A stretch of DNA of 64,000 nucleotides, from the NCBI GenBank assembly GCA_902778135.1, contig CACYWP010000001.1, positions 212,104 through 276,103 on the forward strand. Direction: 5' to 3'. Positions 10,033-20,970 of the stretch are shown here, one piece after another. The notes beneath the pieces are model-generated. The model was given only the letters and a program-made list of their open reading frames with translations. It searched no databases and had not been told where the DNA came from. Every line of letters begins with the position of its first letter. Position 1 is the stretch's first letter. This DNA comes from an uncultured Coriobacteriaceae bacterium (GTDB lineage: Bacteria > Actinomycetota > Coriobacteriia > Coriobacteriales > Atopobiaceae). Both the position numbers and the translations under genes were made by a program.

Positions 10033-10108
10033 GGGGAATTAGCTCAGCTGGGAGAGCGCATGACTGGCAGTCATGAGGTCAGGGGTTCGATCCCCCTATT
10101 CTCCACCA
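10033..10108 (+). tRNA. tRNA-Ala (anticodon GGC)
   Basis: A cloverleaf was folded by hand: acceptor GGGGAAT/ATTCTCC with the G3:U70 alanine identity pair, anticodon loop CTGGCAG, T-loop TTCGATC, encoded CCA. Confidence 0.9.
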
Positions 10109-10118
10109 GAAACTAGAG

Positions 10119-10144
10119 GGCGGCGGCTTCGGCCGTCGCCTTTT
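10119..10144 (+). terminator. Rho-independent terminator-like hairpin
   Basis: GGCGGCGGC-TTCG-GCCGTCGCC (9 bp with one G-U, a tetraloop) followed by TTTT. Confidence 0.6.
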
Positions 10145-10150
10145 CAGTAA

Positions 10151-10226
10151 GGGCCTATGGCGCAACGGTTAGCGCAGGGGACTCATAATCCCTGGGTTGG
10201 GGGTTCGAATCCCTCTGGGCCCACCA
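10151..10226 (+). tRNA. tRNA with CAT anticodon (elongator Met, or Ile2 if lysidine-modified)
   Basis: Acceptor GGGCCTA/TGGGCCC, anticodon loop CTCATAA, T-loop TTCGAAT, encoded CCA. The G1:C72 pair argues against an initiator tRNA. Confidence 0.85.
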
Positions 10227-10292
10227 GAATGCAGCGAGGTCAGGTGCATAGGCGCCTGGCCTCTATTCGTATCTCGTAGAATCGAGGATAAG

Positions 10293-10673
10293 ATGACTGG
10301 TGACGGCAAGCTTCTCAAGATCTCGTGTCTGACCGCGCTCTTCGTGGGCTTGGGAACTCTCGTCCTAGGGGTCGTGCTTGCCTTGGGCAACCTGGCGGAT
10401 CTGGATGCGTGGGCCACGGCCGCCGAGGGCCTTGGGTCGGCCGTGTTCGGTGTCCGCAGCGCGATTCTGGCCAACGTCCCGTCGAACACCTCCAAGATTC
10501 GCGGCAAGTCCGTCGCCCTGATGCTGCTGGCTGCAGTCACGCTGGGCTATCTCGTCTACAGCGGCGCGGCGGTCCAGGTCGCGCAGCTCTGCCTGGCGGC
10601 CGTTGTCGCCATCGTCGCGGTCGTTGCCTTCGTGCTCGCCAGCAAGATCGTGAGGGATCAGTTGCGCAGGTAG
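10293..10673 (+). CDS. Hypothetical small membrane protein (126 aa) between tRNA genes
   Basis: Three to four hydrophobic helices and GC3-rich codon usage consistent with the neighbours. No recognisable motif. The upstream part of the track ORF overlaps the tRNA. Confidence 0.5.
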   Translation: MTGDGKLLKISCLTALFVGLGTLVLGVVLALGNLADLDAWATAAEGLGSAVFGVRSAILANVPSNTSKIRGKSVALMLLAAVTLGYLVYSGAAVQVAQLCLAAVVAIVAVVAFVLASKIVRDQLRR

Positions 10674-10845
10674 GCCCTGGTGCGTGCGCCGTGTCGACAT
10701 TTGCGGGTCAGGGGGGCGGGCGTGGTGTCCGGGCCCTCATCTGCCTGCGCGTGACGCCCGGCATCCCACTTTCTTCACGAGTTTCGGAAAAGAGGGATTC
10801 TCGCGCACATCGGACGGGGATATCTGCTAAGATTCCTTCTGCTAC

Positions 10846-10920
10846 GGGCGATTGGCTCAGGGGTAGAGCACATCCTTCACACGGATGGGGTCGCTGGTTC
10901 GAATCCAGCATCGCCCACCA
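10846..10920 (+). tRNA. tRNA-Val (anticodon CAC)
   Basis: Acceptor GGGCGAT/ATCGCCC, anticodon loop TTCACAC, T-loop TTCGAAT, encoded CCA. Confidence 0.9.
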
Positions 10921-10929
10921 GAAAACACG

Positions 10930-10959
10930 AGGTCAGAGGCTATGTTCTCTGGCCTTTTT
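10930..10959 (+). terminator. Rho-independent terminator after tRNA-Val
   Basis: The GGTCAGAG...CTCTGGCC stem is followed by TTTTT. Confidence 0.6.
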
Positions 10960-11182
10960 CTTTTGCGCAAAGGCCTCCGCTGGTTTGTACAAAATGTGCA
11001 CCCAATTCGGCCCCCAGCTTGTGCCAAATCGCGAATCGCCGAGCGGTTTGGCCACTTGCGGTCTCCCTACTGCTACGATGGTCAAAGCCCACCATGTTCC
11101 GGTTGGGCCCGGGTCGCGAAAGTGGACGGCTCGGACCGCTGAAGAGACGTCAGCCCGGGCGAACCAGAAAGGAAACAGCACC

Positions 11183-11377
11183 ATGAACTTCGAAGACCTG
11201 ACCCCCGAACAGCAGCGGAAGGCCCGTGCCTGCAAGACGCCCGAGGAGCTGCTCATGCTGGCCCGCGAGGAGGGGTACGAGCTCAACGAGGACGAGCTCG
11301 CCGCCCTCTCTGGCGGTGTGAGCTGGGACTGCATCTCGGACTGCCCCGATCACACGCCCTGCCCTTCGGACCGCTAG
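11183..11377 (+). CDS. Small precursor-like peptide (64 aa) with Nif11-like double-glycine leader
   Basis: MNFEDLTPEQQRKARACKTPEELLMLAREEGYELNEDELAALSGG | VSWDCISDCPDHTPCPSDR. AAAGGA lies upstream of the ATG. These are the last 64 codons of a spurious 350-aa track ORF that runs across tRNA-Val. Confidence 0.6.
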   Translation: MNFEDLTPEQQRKARACKTPEELLMLAREEGYELNEDELAALSGGVSWDCISDCPDHTPCPSDR

Positions 11378-11509
11378 CACGACCGGCACGGAACGCGTCA
11401 TGCACGTGTCCCCGGATGCGACGAATCGGGACCGGGGCGGCGTGAGGCAAGTGCTACCATCCAAAAGACAAGGCCTGTGCGCCTCGGACCGCAGACGGAA
11501 GGACGAACC

Positions 11510-11696
11510 ATGAATCTTGCCGATCTGACCCCGAACAGCAGGAGAAGGCCCGCGCCTGCGAGACGCCCGAGGAGATGCTCGCCCTTGCCAAGGAAGAGGG
11601 CTTCGAGCTTTCCGACGAGGACCTTGAGGCGGTATCAGGCGGTAACGCTTGGGATAAAGCCGTTGACGAATACATGAAGTGCCTGAGATTCGGCTG
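11510..11696 (+). pseudogene. Frameshifted paralog of the Nif11-like GG-leader peptide gene
   Basis: GGAAGGA RBS plus ATG gives MNLADLTP. After a 1-nt deficit near 11533 the other frame reads QQEKARACETPEEMLALAKEEGFELSDEDLEAVSGG | NAWDKAVDEYMKCLRFG*. This is collinear with the 11183 gene. Confidence 0.55.
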
Positions 11697-11778
11697 ACGG
11701 CTTCCGACGTCAGCTCGGAGGGCCTTTCGGTTGAATCCGGGTCGCGAACGTGACCCTCCTTCAACCGAAACCCAACCA

Positions 11779-11930
11779 TTCGACCATCTGGGACGGTTCT
11801 CCACGGTCGAAAGTGGCGAAGACAGCCAGCCTCTCGGGTGATGGGGCGACACGGTGACAGGACGCTGTCACGCATGCAGCCCGCATCAGGCACAGAGTTC
11901 GACCGTGGAGAACCGTCCCAGACGGTCGAA
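11779..11930. repeat. Inverted pair of ~33-bp self-complementary hairpin units
   Basis: 11779-11812 (ttcgaccatctgggacggttctccacggtcgaa) is the reverse complement of 11898-11930 with one mismatch. Each unit is itself a TTCGACCGT...ACGGTCGAA hairpin. Confidence 0.75.
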
Positions 11931-11992
11931 CGACGCACGCCCAAGAAGTGGGGCAGGCCCCCCGGAGACCTGCCCACCGTGGAATCGCACGA

Positions 11993-12020
11993 GGCCAGAG
12001 ATTGCTTCTCTGGCCTTTTT
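11993..12020 (+). terminator. Terminator hairpin closely resembling the tRNA-Val terminator
   Basis: GGCCAGAG-attgctt-CTCTGGCC followed by TTTTT. Preceded by tgcccacc, which resembles the tRNA-Val 3' end. Confidence 0.5.
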
Positions 12021-12165
12021 CTCTGCGTGCGGCGAACGCCTGTGCCTGTACCGTGCCCGGCAGTTCCTTTGCCAAACGGATGGCGCGCATCTGGGCAAGC
12101 GCTATCATCAGTTCGTCAGGTTCCCCATGGAAAGCGAGCCACCCTTGGCAATCAACAGGTCCTCC

Positions 12166-13467
12166 ATGCTCCGCCGTCTGCCGCCTTTCGGCCTGACCGG
12201 CCACGCGGCCCGTGATGGGAGACCGTCTTCGGGGCGTCGGTCGACCTTGGCCCCCATGTTGCTGCTTGCCCTCGTCCTGACCGGGCTTTCCGGCTGCGTC
12301 CTGCCGTTCGGCGCCTCCCGCAAGGTGATGCCGGGCATGGTGCAGGTGGTCGGCCGTGGCATGTCTGGTGCGGAACGCGAGGCGCGTGGGAGCGAGGGCC
12401 CGGACCGTCTTGTGGAGACGGCCCGTCTTGTGCGCTCTCTGTCCACCGAGCAGAAGGTCGCCCAGCTCTTCTTCGTGAGGCCGGAGTCACTGGTGCGCCG
12501 CTACACCGACGAGACGGTCACCGCCACAGGCGAGGTCATGCGGTAAGGCATCATGGAGCGGCCGGTGGGCGGCATCATCTACTTTGCCGCCAACCTCGTC
12601 GATGCGGACCAGACCACGCAGATGATCGCCGATGCCAAGCAATGCGCGCTCGAGGCCTGTGGAATCCCCCTGCTGGTGGGCATCGACGAGGAGGGCGGCA
12701 CGGTCCTGCGCGTCGGCGGCCGCGACGGGTTTGGGATCGCGGCCATAGGCAACATGAGCGATGTCGGCGCGACGGGCGACCTCTCCTATGCCGAGGAGGT
12801 CGCAGCCGACATCGGGTCGTACCTGCATGACCTGGGATTCACGAACGACCTGGCCCCCGTCGCGGACGTCGCGAACAACCCTGAGGCAACCCTGATGAGG
12901 TGGCGCTCCTTCGGCTCGGACCCCCAGCTGGTCGCCGACATGGTCGCCGCCCAGGTGCGCGGCTTCCGCTCGCAGGGCATCATAGCCTGCGCGAAGCACT
13001 TCCCGGGGCTGGGTGGGTCTGAGGGGGACCCTCACGGCAGGACCGTCTATATCCACAAGACGCTCGAGGAGATGGAGCAGGTGGAGCTGGTACCCTTCGC
13101 CGCGGCCATAAGCGAGGGGATTCCCATGATCATGGTGGGCCACATCAGCTGGCCCGAGTACATCGGCAGCGAGCTGCCCACATCGGTCAGCCCCGAGGTG
13201 ATGGGCGACCTGTTGCGCGATCGCATGGGCTTCAAGGGGGTCATCGTCACCGACTCGCTGGACATGGGAGCGGTCTCGGAGAGCTATGGGCAGGAGCGCC
13301 TGTCGGCAGAGGTGTTCCTTGCCGGAGCCGACGCGTTGCTGATGCCCGCGGACTTCGACGCCGCGTATGCGGGGGTGCTGGATGCGGTCTATTCGGGAGA
13401 GATCGGCGAGAGACGCCTCGACCAGTCGGTCTTCCGCATCGTGTGGATGAAGCTCGCCAACGGATAA
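12166..13467 (+). pseudogene. GH3 beta-N-acetylhexosaminidase-like lipoprotein interrupted by an in-frame TAA
   Basis: N-part: lipobox LALVLTGLSGC and KVAQLFFVRPESL. TAA at 12544-12546. The same frame continues GIMERPVGGIIYFAANL...LLVGIDEEGGTVLRV...KHFPGLGG (GH3 motifs). The start at 12166 is approximate. Confidence 0.7.
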
Positions 13468-13490
13468 CGCTCGAGCGGCGAGCGGTCCGA

Positions 13491-13650
13491 CGTTGTCTGC
13501 GCAACGAATCCGGTTTTCGCCCTTCAAAAGCGCGCTGTCTGCGTTTTGGTGAGGTCCGTCTTCGCCTCTTGAGTTGTCTGCGCTTCCAGTTGCGCAGAAT
13601 AGAGCGTTGTATGCGTAGCTCGCCGAGACGCGCAAACGAAAGCGCAGACA
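13491..13650. repeat. Cluster of GCGCAGACAA / TTGTCTGCGC motif copies (intergenic)
   Basis: Exact 10-mers at 13493-13502 (rc), 13574-13583 (rc) and 13641-13650. Degenerate copies at 13535-13544 and 13592-13600. Confidence 0.75.
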
Positions 13651-13755
13651 AGTGTAGGCGCATGGGCGTTCTGGGGGCTTTGCGTGGGCAAACGCAGGTC
13701 GGGACCGTCGTGGCCTATACTTCTGTGACGACGAGCATATGGTAGAGGAGAGCCC

Positions 13756-15767
<2,012 letters not shown>

Positions 15768-15771
<4 letters not shown>

Positions 15772-16439
15772 GCTACGATCCACGCAGGGGGTCGAGCCCC
15801 TACCTGGACATGGATAACGACGAGACGACCGTTGGGGGCTGGGACGCCCAGGCCGACGAGACGACGGTCGGGAGTTGGGGCGCAGGCGCCGATGACACGA
15901 CGTCGGTCGACGACACCTCGTGGGGCGTCCCTGCGACCACCTACCGCCCCGCGCGGGCGCCGCAACGGGCGGTCGCACCGGCGCGGGGTCAGCAGGCCGG
16001 GCAGACGCGCATCGTGCGTCCCGTCCCCCAGCCGGCACCGCGTGCCGTCCCCAGCCCCGAGCAGCAACCCTACCAGGCCGAACCCCTGCACATGCCCCAC
16101 GGGGTCGGCTCGCGTCTCTCCGGCCCCCTGACGACGCTCACGGCGCTGGCCTTCTGGCTCGCGGGGTTTGCCCTGCGCCTCGCGGCCATCGCGCTCGCTG
16201 GCGTCGTGGTGGCCTCTGCCGTGCTCACCGACGCGCATCGCGCGTCACTCGTCGAGGCGCTCAACCTGACCACGACGCTGATGCCACCGGTGCTGCTCGG
16301 TCGCCTGGTGTACGAGACGCCCTTCGGGGGAGCCCTGCGCGGCGACCTCATGATTGCGTCGCTCGTCCTGTTCTTCGCGGACTGGCTCTGCGTGCGCCAT
16401 GCGGCGGCGCTGCGCCAGGGCCGCACGAGGGGAGTCTAG
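15768..16439 (+). CDS. Hypothetical membrane protein with repeated DETTVGxW N-terminal motifs
   Basis: The ATG overlaps the ABC-F stop. The N-terminal half is Pro/Gln-rich and disordered, and the C-terminal half has hydrophobic helices. No family recognised. Confidence 0.5.
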
Positions 16440-16440
16440 C

Positions 16441-17127
16441 ATGCTTGCGCGCCCCAGCATCCAACGCCTGCTCCTGACGGCTCTCTCCGTCCTGCTGGTG
16501 ATGGTGTCCGCGTCGATCCACGAGTTCGGCCACGCCTTCGCGGCCCATCGCCTGGGCGATGACACGGCCAAGCGTGCCGGGCGCCTGACCCTGAACCCGT
16601 TGGCGCACCTCGACCCCTTCGGCTCCATCTTCCTGCCGATGATCATGGCCATGGCGGGCGGACCGGTCTTCGCGTTTGCCAAGCCGGTGCCCTACAACCC
16701 CCGCAACCTGCGCAACATGCAGCGTGACGAGGTCCTCGTCGCACTGGCGGGACCGGCCACCAACCTGCTGCAGGCGGCGGTCGGCGCCATGGCGTGCCGC
16801 CTCGTCTGGAGCCGCATGACGCTCGACATCGTCACGGGTGGGGCCGCCTACTGGATCTACACGACCCTCTCCACCTACGTCTACGTCAACTGCTCCCTGG
16901 CGTTCTTCAACCTGATACCGCTGCCGCCGCTCGACGGCTCGTCGATCGTCTCGCCCCTCCTGAGGGGCGAGGCGCGGCGGAGGTATTACGTGGTCCAGCA
17001 CTATTCCCTGCCCATCCTGATGGCGTTGCTCTACCTCGTGCCCATGATGCTGCCCATCGACCCGCTGGGCGCCTACCTCGACGTCACCGCCGGCGCCCTG
17101 GCCGACCTGCTGCTGGGATGGGTGTAG
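16441..17127 (+). CDS. M50-family site-2 protease-like zinc metalloprotease (no PDZ)
   Basis: HEFGHAFAAHRLGD (HExxH) in TM1 and FNLIPLPPLDGS later in the sequence. Confidence 0.8.
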   Translation: MLARPSIQRLLLTALSVLLVMVSASIHEFGHAFAAHRLGDDTAKRAGRLTLNPLAHLDPFGSIFLPMIMAMAGGPVFAFAKPVPYNPRNLRNMQRDEVLVALAGPATNLLQAAVGAMACRLVWSRMTLDIVTGGAAYWIYTTLSTYVYVNCSLAFFNLIPLPPLDGSSIVSPLLRGEARRRYYVVQHYSLPILMALLYLVPMMLPIDPLGAYLDVTAGALADLLLGWV

Positions 17128-17130
17128 CCC

Positions 17131-17943
17131 ATGGCGTTCACGGTCAGGACACAGGCGTACAGCGGCCCCTTCGACCTGCTGTTGCAGCTGGTCAGCCGCC
17201 AGAAGGTGGCCATCGGCTCCATCTCGGTGGCCGACGTGGCGGACCAGTACCTCGCCGAGGTCGACCGCATGGGTGAGATGGACCTGGACGTCGCCAGCGA
17301 CTTCCTGCTGGTGGCGTCGACGCTGCTGGACATGAAGGCCTCGTCGCTGGTCCCCGCCGACGTTCCCCGCTCGCGCGTCGTCGACGAGGAAGAGGACGAC
17401 TTCGCGGACCTCTCGCCCGACGAGGCGCGCGAGGTGCTGATAGCGCGCCTCATCGCCTACAAGCAGTTCCGCAACGCCGCCGCGGCGCTCGCGGGCCGCA
17501 TGGAGGCCGAGGCCCTGATGGAGCCACGCACCGCTGGCCCCGACCCGGAGTTCCTCAACCTCATGCCCGACTACCTGGAGGGCATCAGCCTGCGCTCCCT
17601 GGCCGTCATCTGCGCCGACCTCGACAGCCGACGCGAGAGCTTCCTGCTGGAGGCCGAGCATGTCGCGCCGCGCCGCCTGCCCATCGCCCTGACGGTCGCG
17701 ACGGTGGACCGCCTGACGCGCACGCACCCGCAGATGACCTTCACGGAGCTCCTGGACGGGCAGGTCACGGCAGAGGCGGTGGTGGCCACCTTCCTGGCCA
17801 TCCTCGAGCTGTACAAGCGCGGCTCGGTGGTGGTCAGCCAGTCGGAGACCTTTGGGGAGATCGACGTCATACGCGTGGAGGGCGCCCCCGCGTTCGAGCT
17901 GGACGACTCGGAGCTGACGAGCATTGAGGAGGACCTCACATGA
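17131..17943 (+). CDS. scpA: Segregation and condensation protein A
   Basis: YSGPFDLLLQLVSRQKV..I..ISVADVADQYL is the typical ScpA N-terminus. The gene is translationally coupled to scpB. Confidence 0.85.
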   Translation: MAFTVRTQAYSGPFDLLLQLVSRQKVAIGSISVADVADQYLAEVDRMGEMDLDVASDFLLVASTLLDMKASSLVPADVPRSRVVDEEEDDFADLSPDEAREVLIARLIAYKQFRNAAAALAGRMEAEALMEPRTAGPDPEFLNLMPDYLEGISLRSLAVICADLDSRRESFLLEAEHVAPRRLPIALTVATVDRLTRTHPQMTFTELLDGQVTAEAVVATFLAILELYKRGSVVVSQSETFGEIDVIRVEGAPAFELDDSELTSIEEDLT

Positions 17944-18725
17944 GAGACCTTGAGACGCTGGGTCACGACCAGCTGAAGGGCGCCCTGGAGGCGCTGCTGC
18001 TGGTGTCGGGGGACGCGGTCTCCGCGCTCGACCTGGCCAAGGCGCTGGATGCGAGCCCGGGTGACGTCTCTGGCGCGCTGGCCGAGCTGTCCGCCGAATA
18101 CGCCGACGCCAACCGTGGCTTCCAGCTGCGCGAGGTGGCTGGCGGCTGGCGCCTGTTCACCCATCCCGCCTACCACGACCAGGTCGAGGGCTACGTGCTC
18201 TCCTGGGACACCCACAAGCTGTCGCAGGCGGCCCTCGAGACCCTGGCCGTCATCGCCTACCATCAGCCCTGCACCCGCGACGGGGTCAAGGCCGTCCGCG
18301 GCGTCAACTCGGACGGCGTGATCGCCTCGCTGCGTGACAAGGGCCTGGTGCGCGAGGTGGGCCGTGGCAACGGGCGCACCGGCGCCATACTCTACGGCAC
18401 CACGCGCGCCTTCCTCGAGCGCTTCGGCCTGCGGTCCCTGAAGGACCTGCCGCCCCTGGAGGACTTCGCGCCCGACGAGGAGTCGCGACAGTTCATCCGC
18501 GAGCGGTTGTCGGGCCATGCGATCTCGTCGACGCTGGAGGAGACGGCTGCCGACATCGAGGACGAGCGCGAGCTGCTGGGCGCCTATGGAGGCGACGACG
18601 AGGCATACCAGCTGGCAGGGAGCGCGGACGAGGTCGGTTCCACGCCCTTCGGGCCCACGGATGCCGACTCCGGGGAACGCCCCAGCGCCTGGGCGGACGA
18701 CTGGGAGGATGGCCTGGATGACTGA
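17940..18725 (+). CDS. scpB: Segregation and condensation protein B (with acidic C-terminal tail)
   Basis: Contains ALEALLLVSGD, GFQLREVAGGWRLFT, LSQAALETLAVIAYHQP.TR..V...RGV and TT..FLE.FGL. Confidence 0.85.
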   Translation: MRDLETLGHDQLKGALEALLLVSGDAVSALDLAKALDASPGDVSGALAELSAEYADANRGFQLREVAGGWRLFTHPAYHDQVEGYVLSWDTHKLSQAALETLAVIAYHQPCTRDGVKAVRGVNSDGVIASLRDKGLVREVGRGNGRTGAILYGTTRAFLERFGLRSLKDLPPLEDFAPDEESRQFIRERLSGHAISSTLEETAADIEDERELLGAYGGDDEAYQLAGSADEVGSTPFGPTDADSGERPSAWADDWEDGLDD

Positions 18726-19548
18726 GGAGCGCATCGTCCCCATGCGCCTGCAGCGCTTCCTCGCCCGGGCCGGCGTGGCCAGCCGCCGCGGCTCGGAGAA
18801 CCTGATGACGGCCGGGCGCGTGACGGTGAACGGCCAGGTGGTGAGCGAGCTGGGCAGCAAGGTCGACCCGCTGGTCGACGTCGTCGCGGTCGACGGCCGC
18901 GAGGTGCGCCTGGCCGACGGGCACGCCTATCTCGTGCTGAACAAGCCCACCGGGTACCTCTCTTCGATGAGCGACCCCCAGGGGCGCCCCTGCGTGGCAC
19001 GCCTCGTGCCGACCAGGCGCTACCCGGGGCTCTTCCCGGTGGGACGCCTGGACAGCGACACGACCGGCCTGCTGCTCTTCACCACCAACGGAGATGCGGC
19101 CCAGCGCATGCTGCACCCCTCCATGCACGTGTGGAAGCACTACGTCGCCCTGGTGCGTGGCATTCCCGGCGAGGGCGACCTCGAGCGCCTGCGCAAGGGC
19201 GTGCGCCTGGATGACGGGCGGGCCCAGCCCGCCGAGGTCGAGCTGCTGCGGGGCGACGACCCGCGGGTGACGCCCGTCGCGCCGGAGGGCATCCCCCATG
19301 CGCACGCCGTGGTGGGCCTGCGCATCCACGAGGGCAAGAAGCATCAGGTCAAACGTATGATGAAGGCGGTCGGTCACGACGTGGTGCGCCTGCATCGCGA
19401 CGTGTTCGGCCCCATCGGGCTGGGGGACGTCGCCCCCGGCTGCTGGCGCGAGCTGGACGCGGACGAGCGTGCGGCCATCGAGCGCCTGACCGAAGCCATA
19501 GGAAACGGCCGCCGCAAGCGGACGGCCCACGGACAGGAGGAACCATGA
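18718..19548 (+). CDS. rluB: RsuA/RluB-family pseudouridine synthase
   Basis: S4 domain (RLQRFLARAGVASRRGSENLMTAGRVTVNG), the catalytic motif GRLDSDTTGLLLFTTNGD, and HEGKKHQVKRM. Confidence 0.85.
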   Translation: MTEERIVPMRLQRFLARAGVASRRGSENLMTAGRVTVNGQVVSELGSKVDPLVDVVAVDGREVRLADGHAYLVLNKPTGYLSSMSDPQGRPCVARLVPTRRYPGLFPVGRLDSDTTGLLLFTTNGDAAQRMLHPSMHVWKHYVALVRGIPGEGDLERLRKGVRLDDGRAQPAEVELLRGDDPRVTPVAPEGIPHAHAVVGLRIHEGKKHQVKRMMKAVGHDVVRLHRDVFGPIGLGDVAPGCWRELDADERAAIERLTEAIGNGRRKRTAHGQEEP

Positions 19549-20231
19549 TCGTTGCCATCGACGGCCCTGCCGGGTCGGGAAAGTCGACCGTAGCCCATGC
19601 CATCGCCGAGCGGTGCGGCATCACCTACCTGGACACGGGGGCGATGTACCGCAGCGTGACGCTGGCCTGCCTGCAGCGCGGCGTTGACGTCGCCGACGCG
19701 GACGCCGTCGCCGCGCTCGCCCAGGGCGTGCGCATCGAGTTCGGGTCCAACGAGGGCGGCCAGACCGTGCTGCTCGACGGAGTCGACGTGACGTCTGCGA
19801 TCCGCACCCCCGAGGTCGACCGCACCGTCTCTGCCGTCTCGGCCATCCCCGCGGTCCGCGCGGCCATGGTGAGCCTGCAGCGAGCGGTGGGGGAGGCGGG
19901 TGACGTCGTGGCCGAGGGACGTGACATCGGCACGGTCGTCTACCCGAACGCCGAGGTGAAGGTGTTCCTCACCGCGGACGCGACGGCCCGTGCGCACCGG
20001 CGCGCGGTGCAGCGGGCCGGCAAGGACGCGGCGACCGACGCGAGCGCAACGGCCGACGCGGACGCCGAGCGCGCGATCCTCGCCGACCTCAAGCGCCGCG
20101 ACGAGCTGGATTCCACCCGCAAGGAGGCCCCGCTGCGCCCCGCCGAGGACGCGCACCACATCGACTCGTCCCAGATGGGCGTCGAGGAGGTCGTCGCAGA
20201 GGTCATCCGTCTGATCGAGGAGGCGCGCTAG
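19545..20231 (+). CDS. cmk: Cytidylate kinase
   Basis: IVAIDGPAGSGKSTVA P-loop and YLDTGAMYR. The start overlaps the rluB stop. Confidence 0.9.
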   Translation: MIVAIDGPAGSGKSTVAHAIAERCGITYLDTGAMYRSVTLACLQRGVDVADADAVAALAQGVRIEFGSNEGGQTVLLDGVDVTSAIRTPEVDRTVSAVSAIPAVRAAMVSLQRAVGEAGDVVAEGRDIGTVVYPNAEVKVFLTADATARAHRRAVQRAGKDAATDASATADADAERAILADLKRRDELDSTRKEAPLRPAEDAHHIDSSQMGVEEVVAEVIRLIEEAR

Positions 20232-20233
20232 CC

Positions 20234-20956
20234 ATGGCGAAGGCACGGCGCTACACGCGCGAGGACTACTTCGACAACGCGATGGACGACTTTCCCTGGA
20301 CGGCAAAGCTCCTGCTGGGCATCGTCATATGCGTGGTGGGGGCACTGTCCAAGATCGTCTACCCCTGGCGCATCGAGGACGGGGAGAAGCTGTGGAACGA
20401 CCACCGCGGCCGCATGATCATCATGAACCACGTGTCGTTCCTCGAGACGGTGCTGCCGTCGGTGACGATGTGGTTCCGGGGGCATCACGTCCGCCCCATC
20501 TACAAGAGCGAGTGGGACGACAACGGCTTTCTGCACTGGCTGCTGCCTCGGGTGGGCGGCATCCCCGTCGAGCGAGGCACCGCCGACGTCAAGGCCGTCA
20601 AGCGGGCGGTCAACTGCCTGAAGCGGGGCGAGAGCGTGCTGGTCTTCCCCGAGGGCACGCGCATCCGCACGGAGGACCAGCCGGTGGAGATCCACGGTGG
20701 CTTCGCGCTGATGGCACGCATGGCCAAGGTGGACGTGCAGCCCATGGCCATCGTCGGCGCCCGTGACATCGCGGCGCCGGGCAAGCGGGTGCGCGTCTTC
20801 TGGCGCGTGTTCCTCAAGGCGGGCGACTGCGTGCGGTGGGAGGACATGACCTCCGAGAAGCGCCGCGAGCGCACCGAGGAGATGGAGCGTGTCGGCATGG
20901 AGCGCGTCTACGAGCTGCGCTCCCAGCTGCGCTCCGAGCATCCGGGCAAGAACTGA
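20234..20956 (+). CDS. plsC: 1-acyl-sn-glycerol-3-phosphate acyltransferase
   Basis: NHVSFLE (HX4D-type block, here NHxxxxE) and VFPEGTR blocks of the lysophospholipid acyltransferase family. Confidence 0.75.
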   Translation: MAKARRYTREDYFDNAMDDFPWTAKLLLGIVICVVGALSKIVYPWRIEDGEKLWNDHRGRMIIMNHVSFLETVLPSVTMWFRGHHVRPIYKSEWDDNGFLHWLLPRVGGIPVERGTADVKAVKRAVNCLKRGESVLVFPEGTRIRTEDQPVEIHGGFALMARMAKVDVQPMAIVGARDIAAPGKRVRVFWRVFLKAGDCVRWEDMTSEKRRERTEEMERVGMERVYELRSQLRSEHPGKN

Positions 20957-20970
20957 GCGAGGAGGTACCC

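Noticed and set aside
10151-10226. Initiator tRNA-fMet
   Set aside because: Positions 1:72 form a G:C pair and the anticodon stem (GGGGA/TCCCT) lacks the three consecutive G:C pairs adjacent to the loop. It is therefore called an elongator Met or Ile2-type tRNA.
10325-11377. 350-aa plus-strand ORF
   Set aside because: It reads straight through tRNA-Val and its terminator. Only the last 64 codons (11183-11377), which have their own RBS and a coherent leader-core architecture, are credible.
13491-13650. Possible CRISPR array (also considered for 35297-35493)
   Set aside because: The repeat units are only 10-13 bp, occur on both strands, have irregular spacing of 20-70 bp, and have no cas genes nearby.
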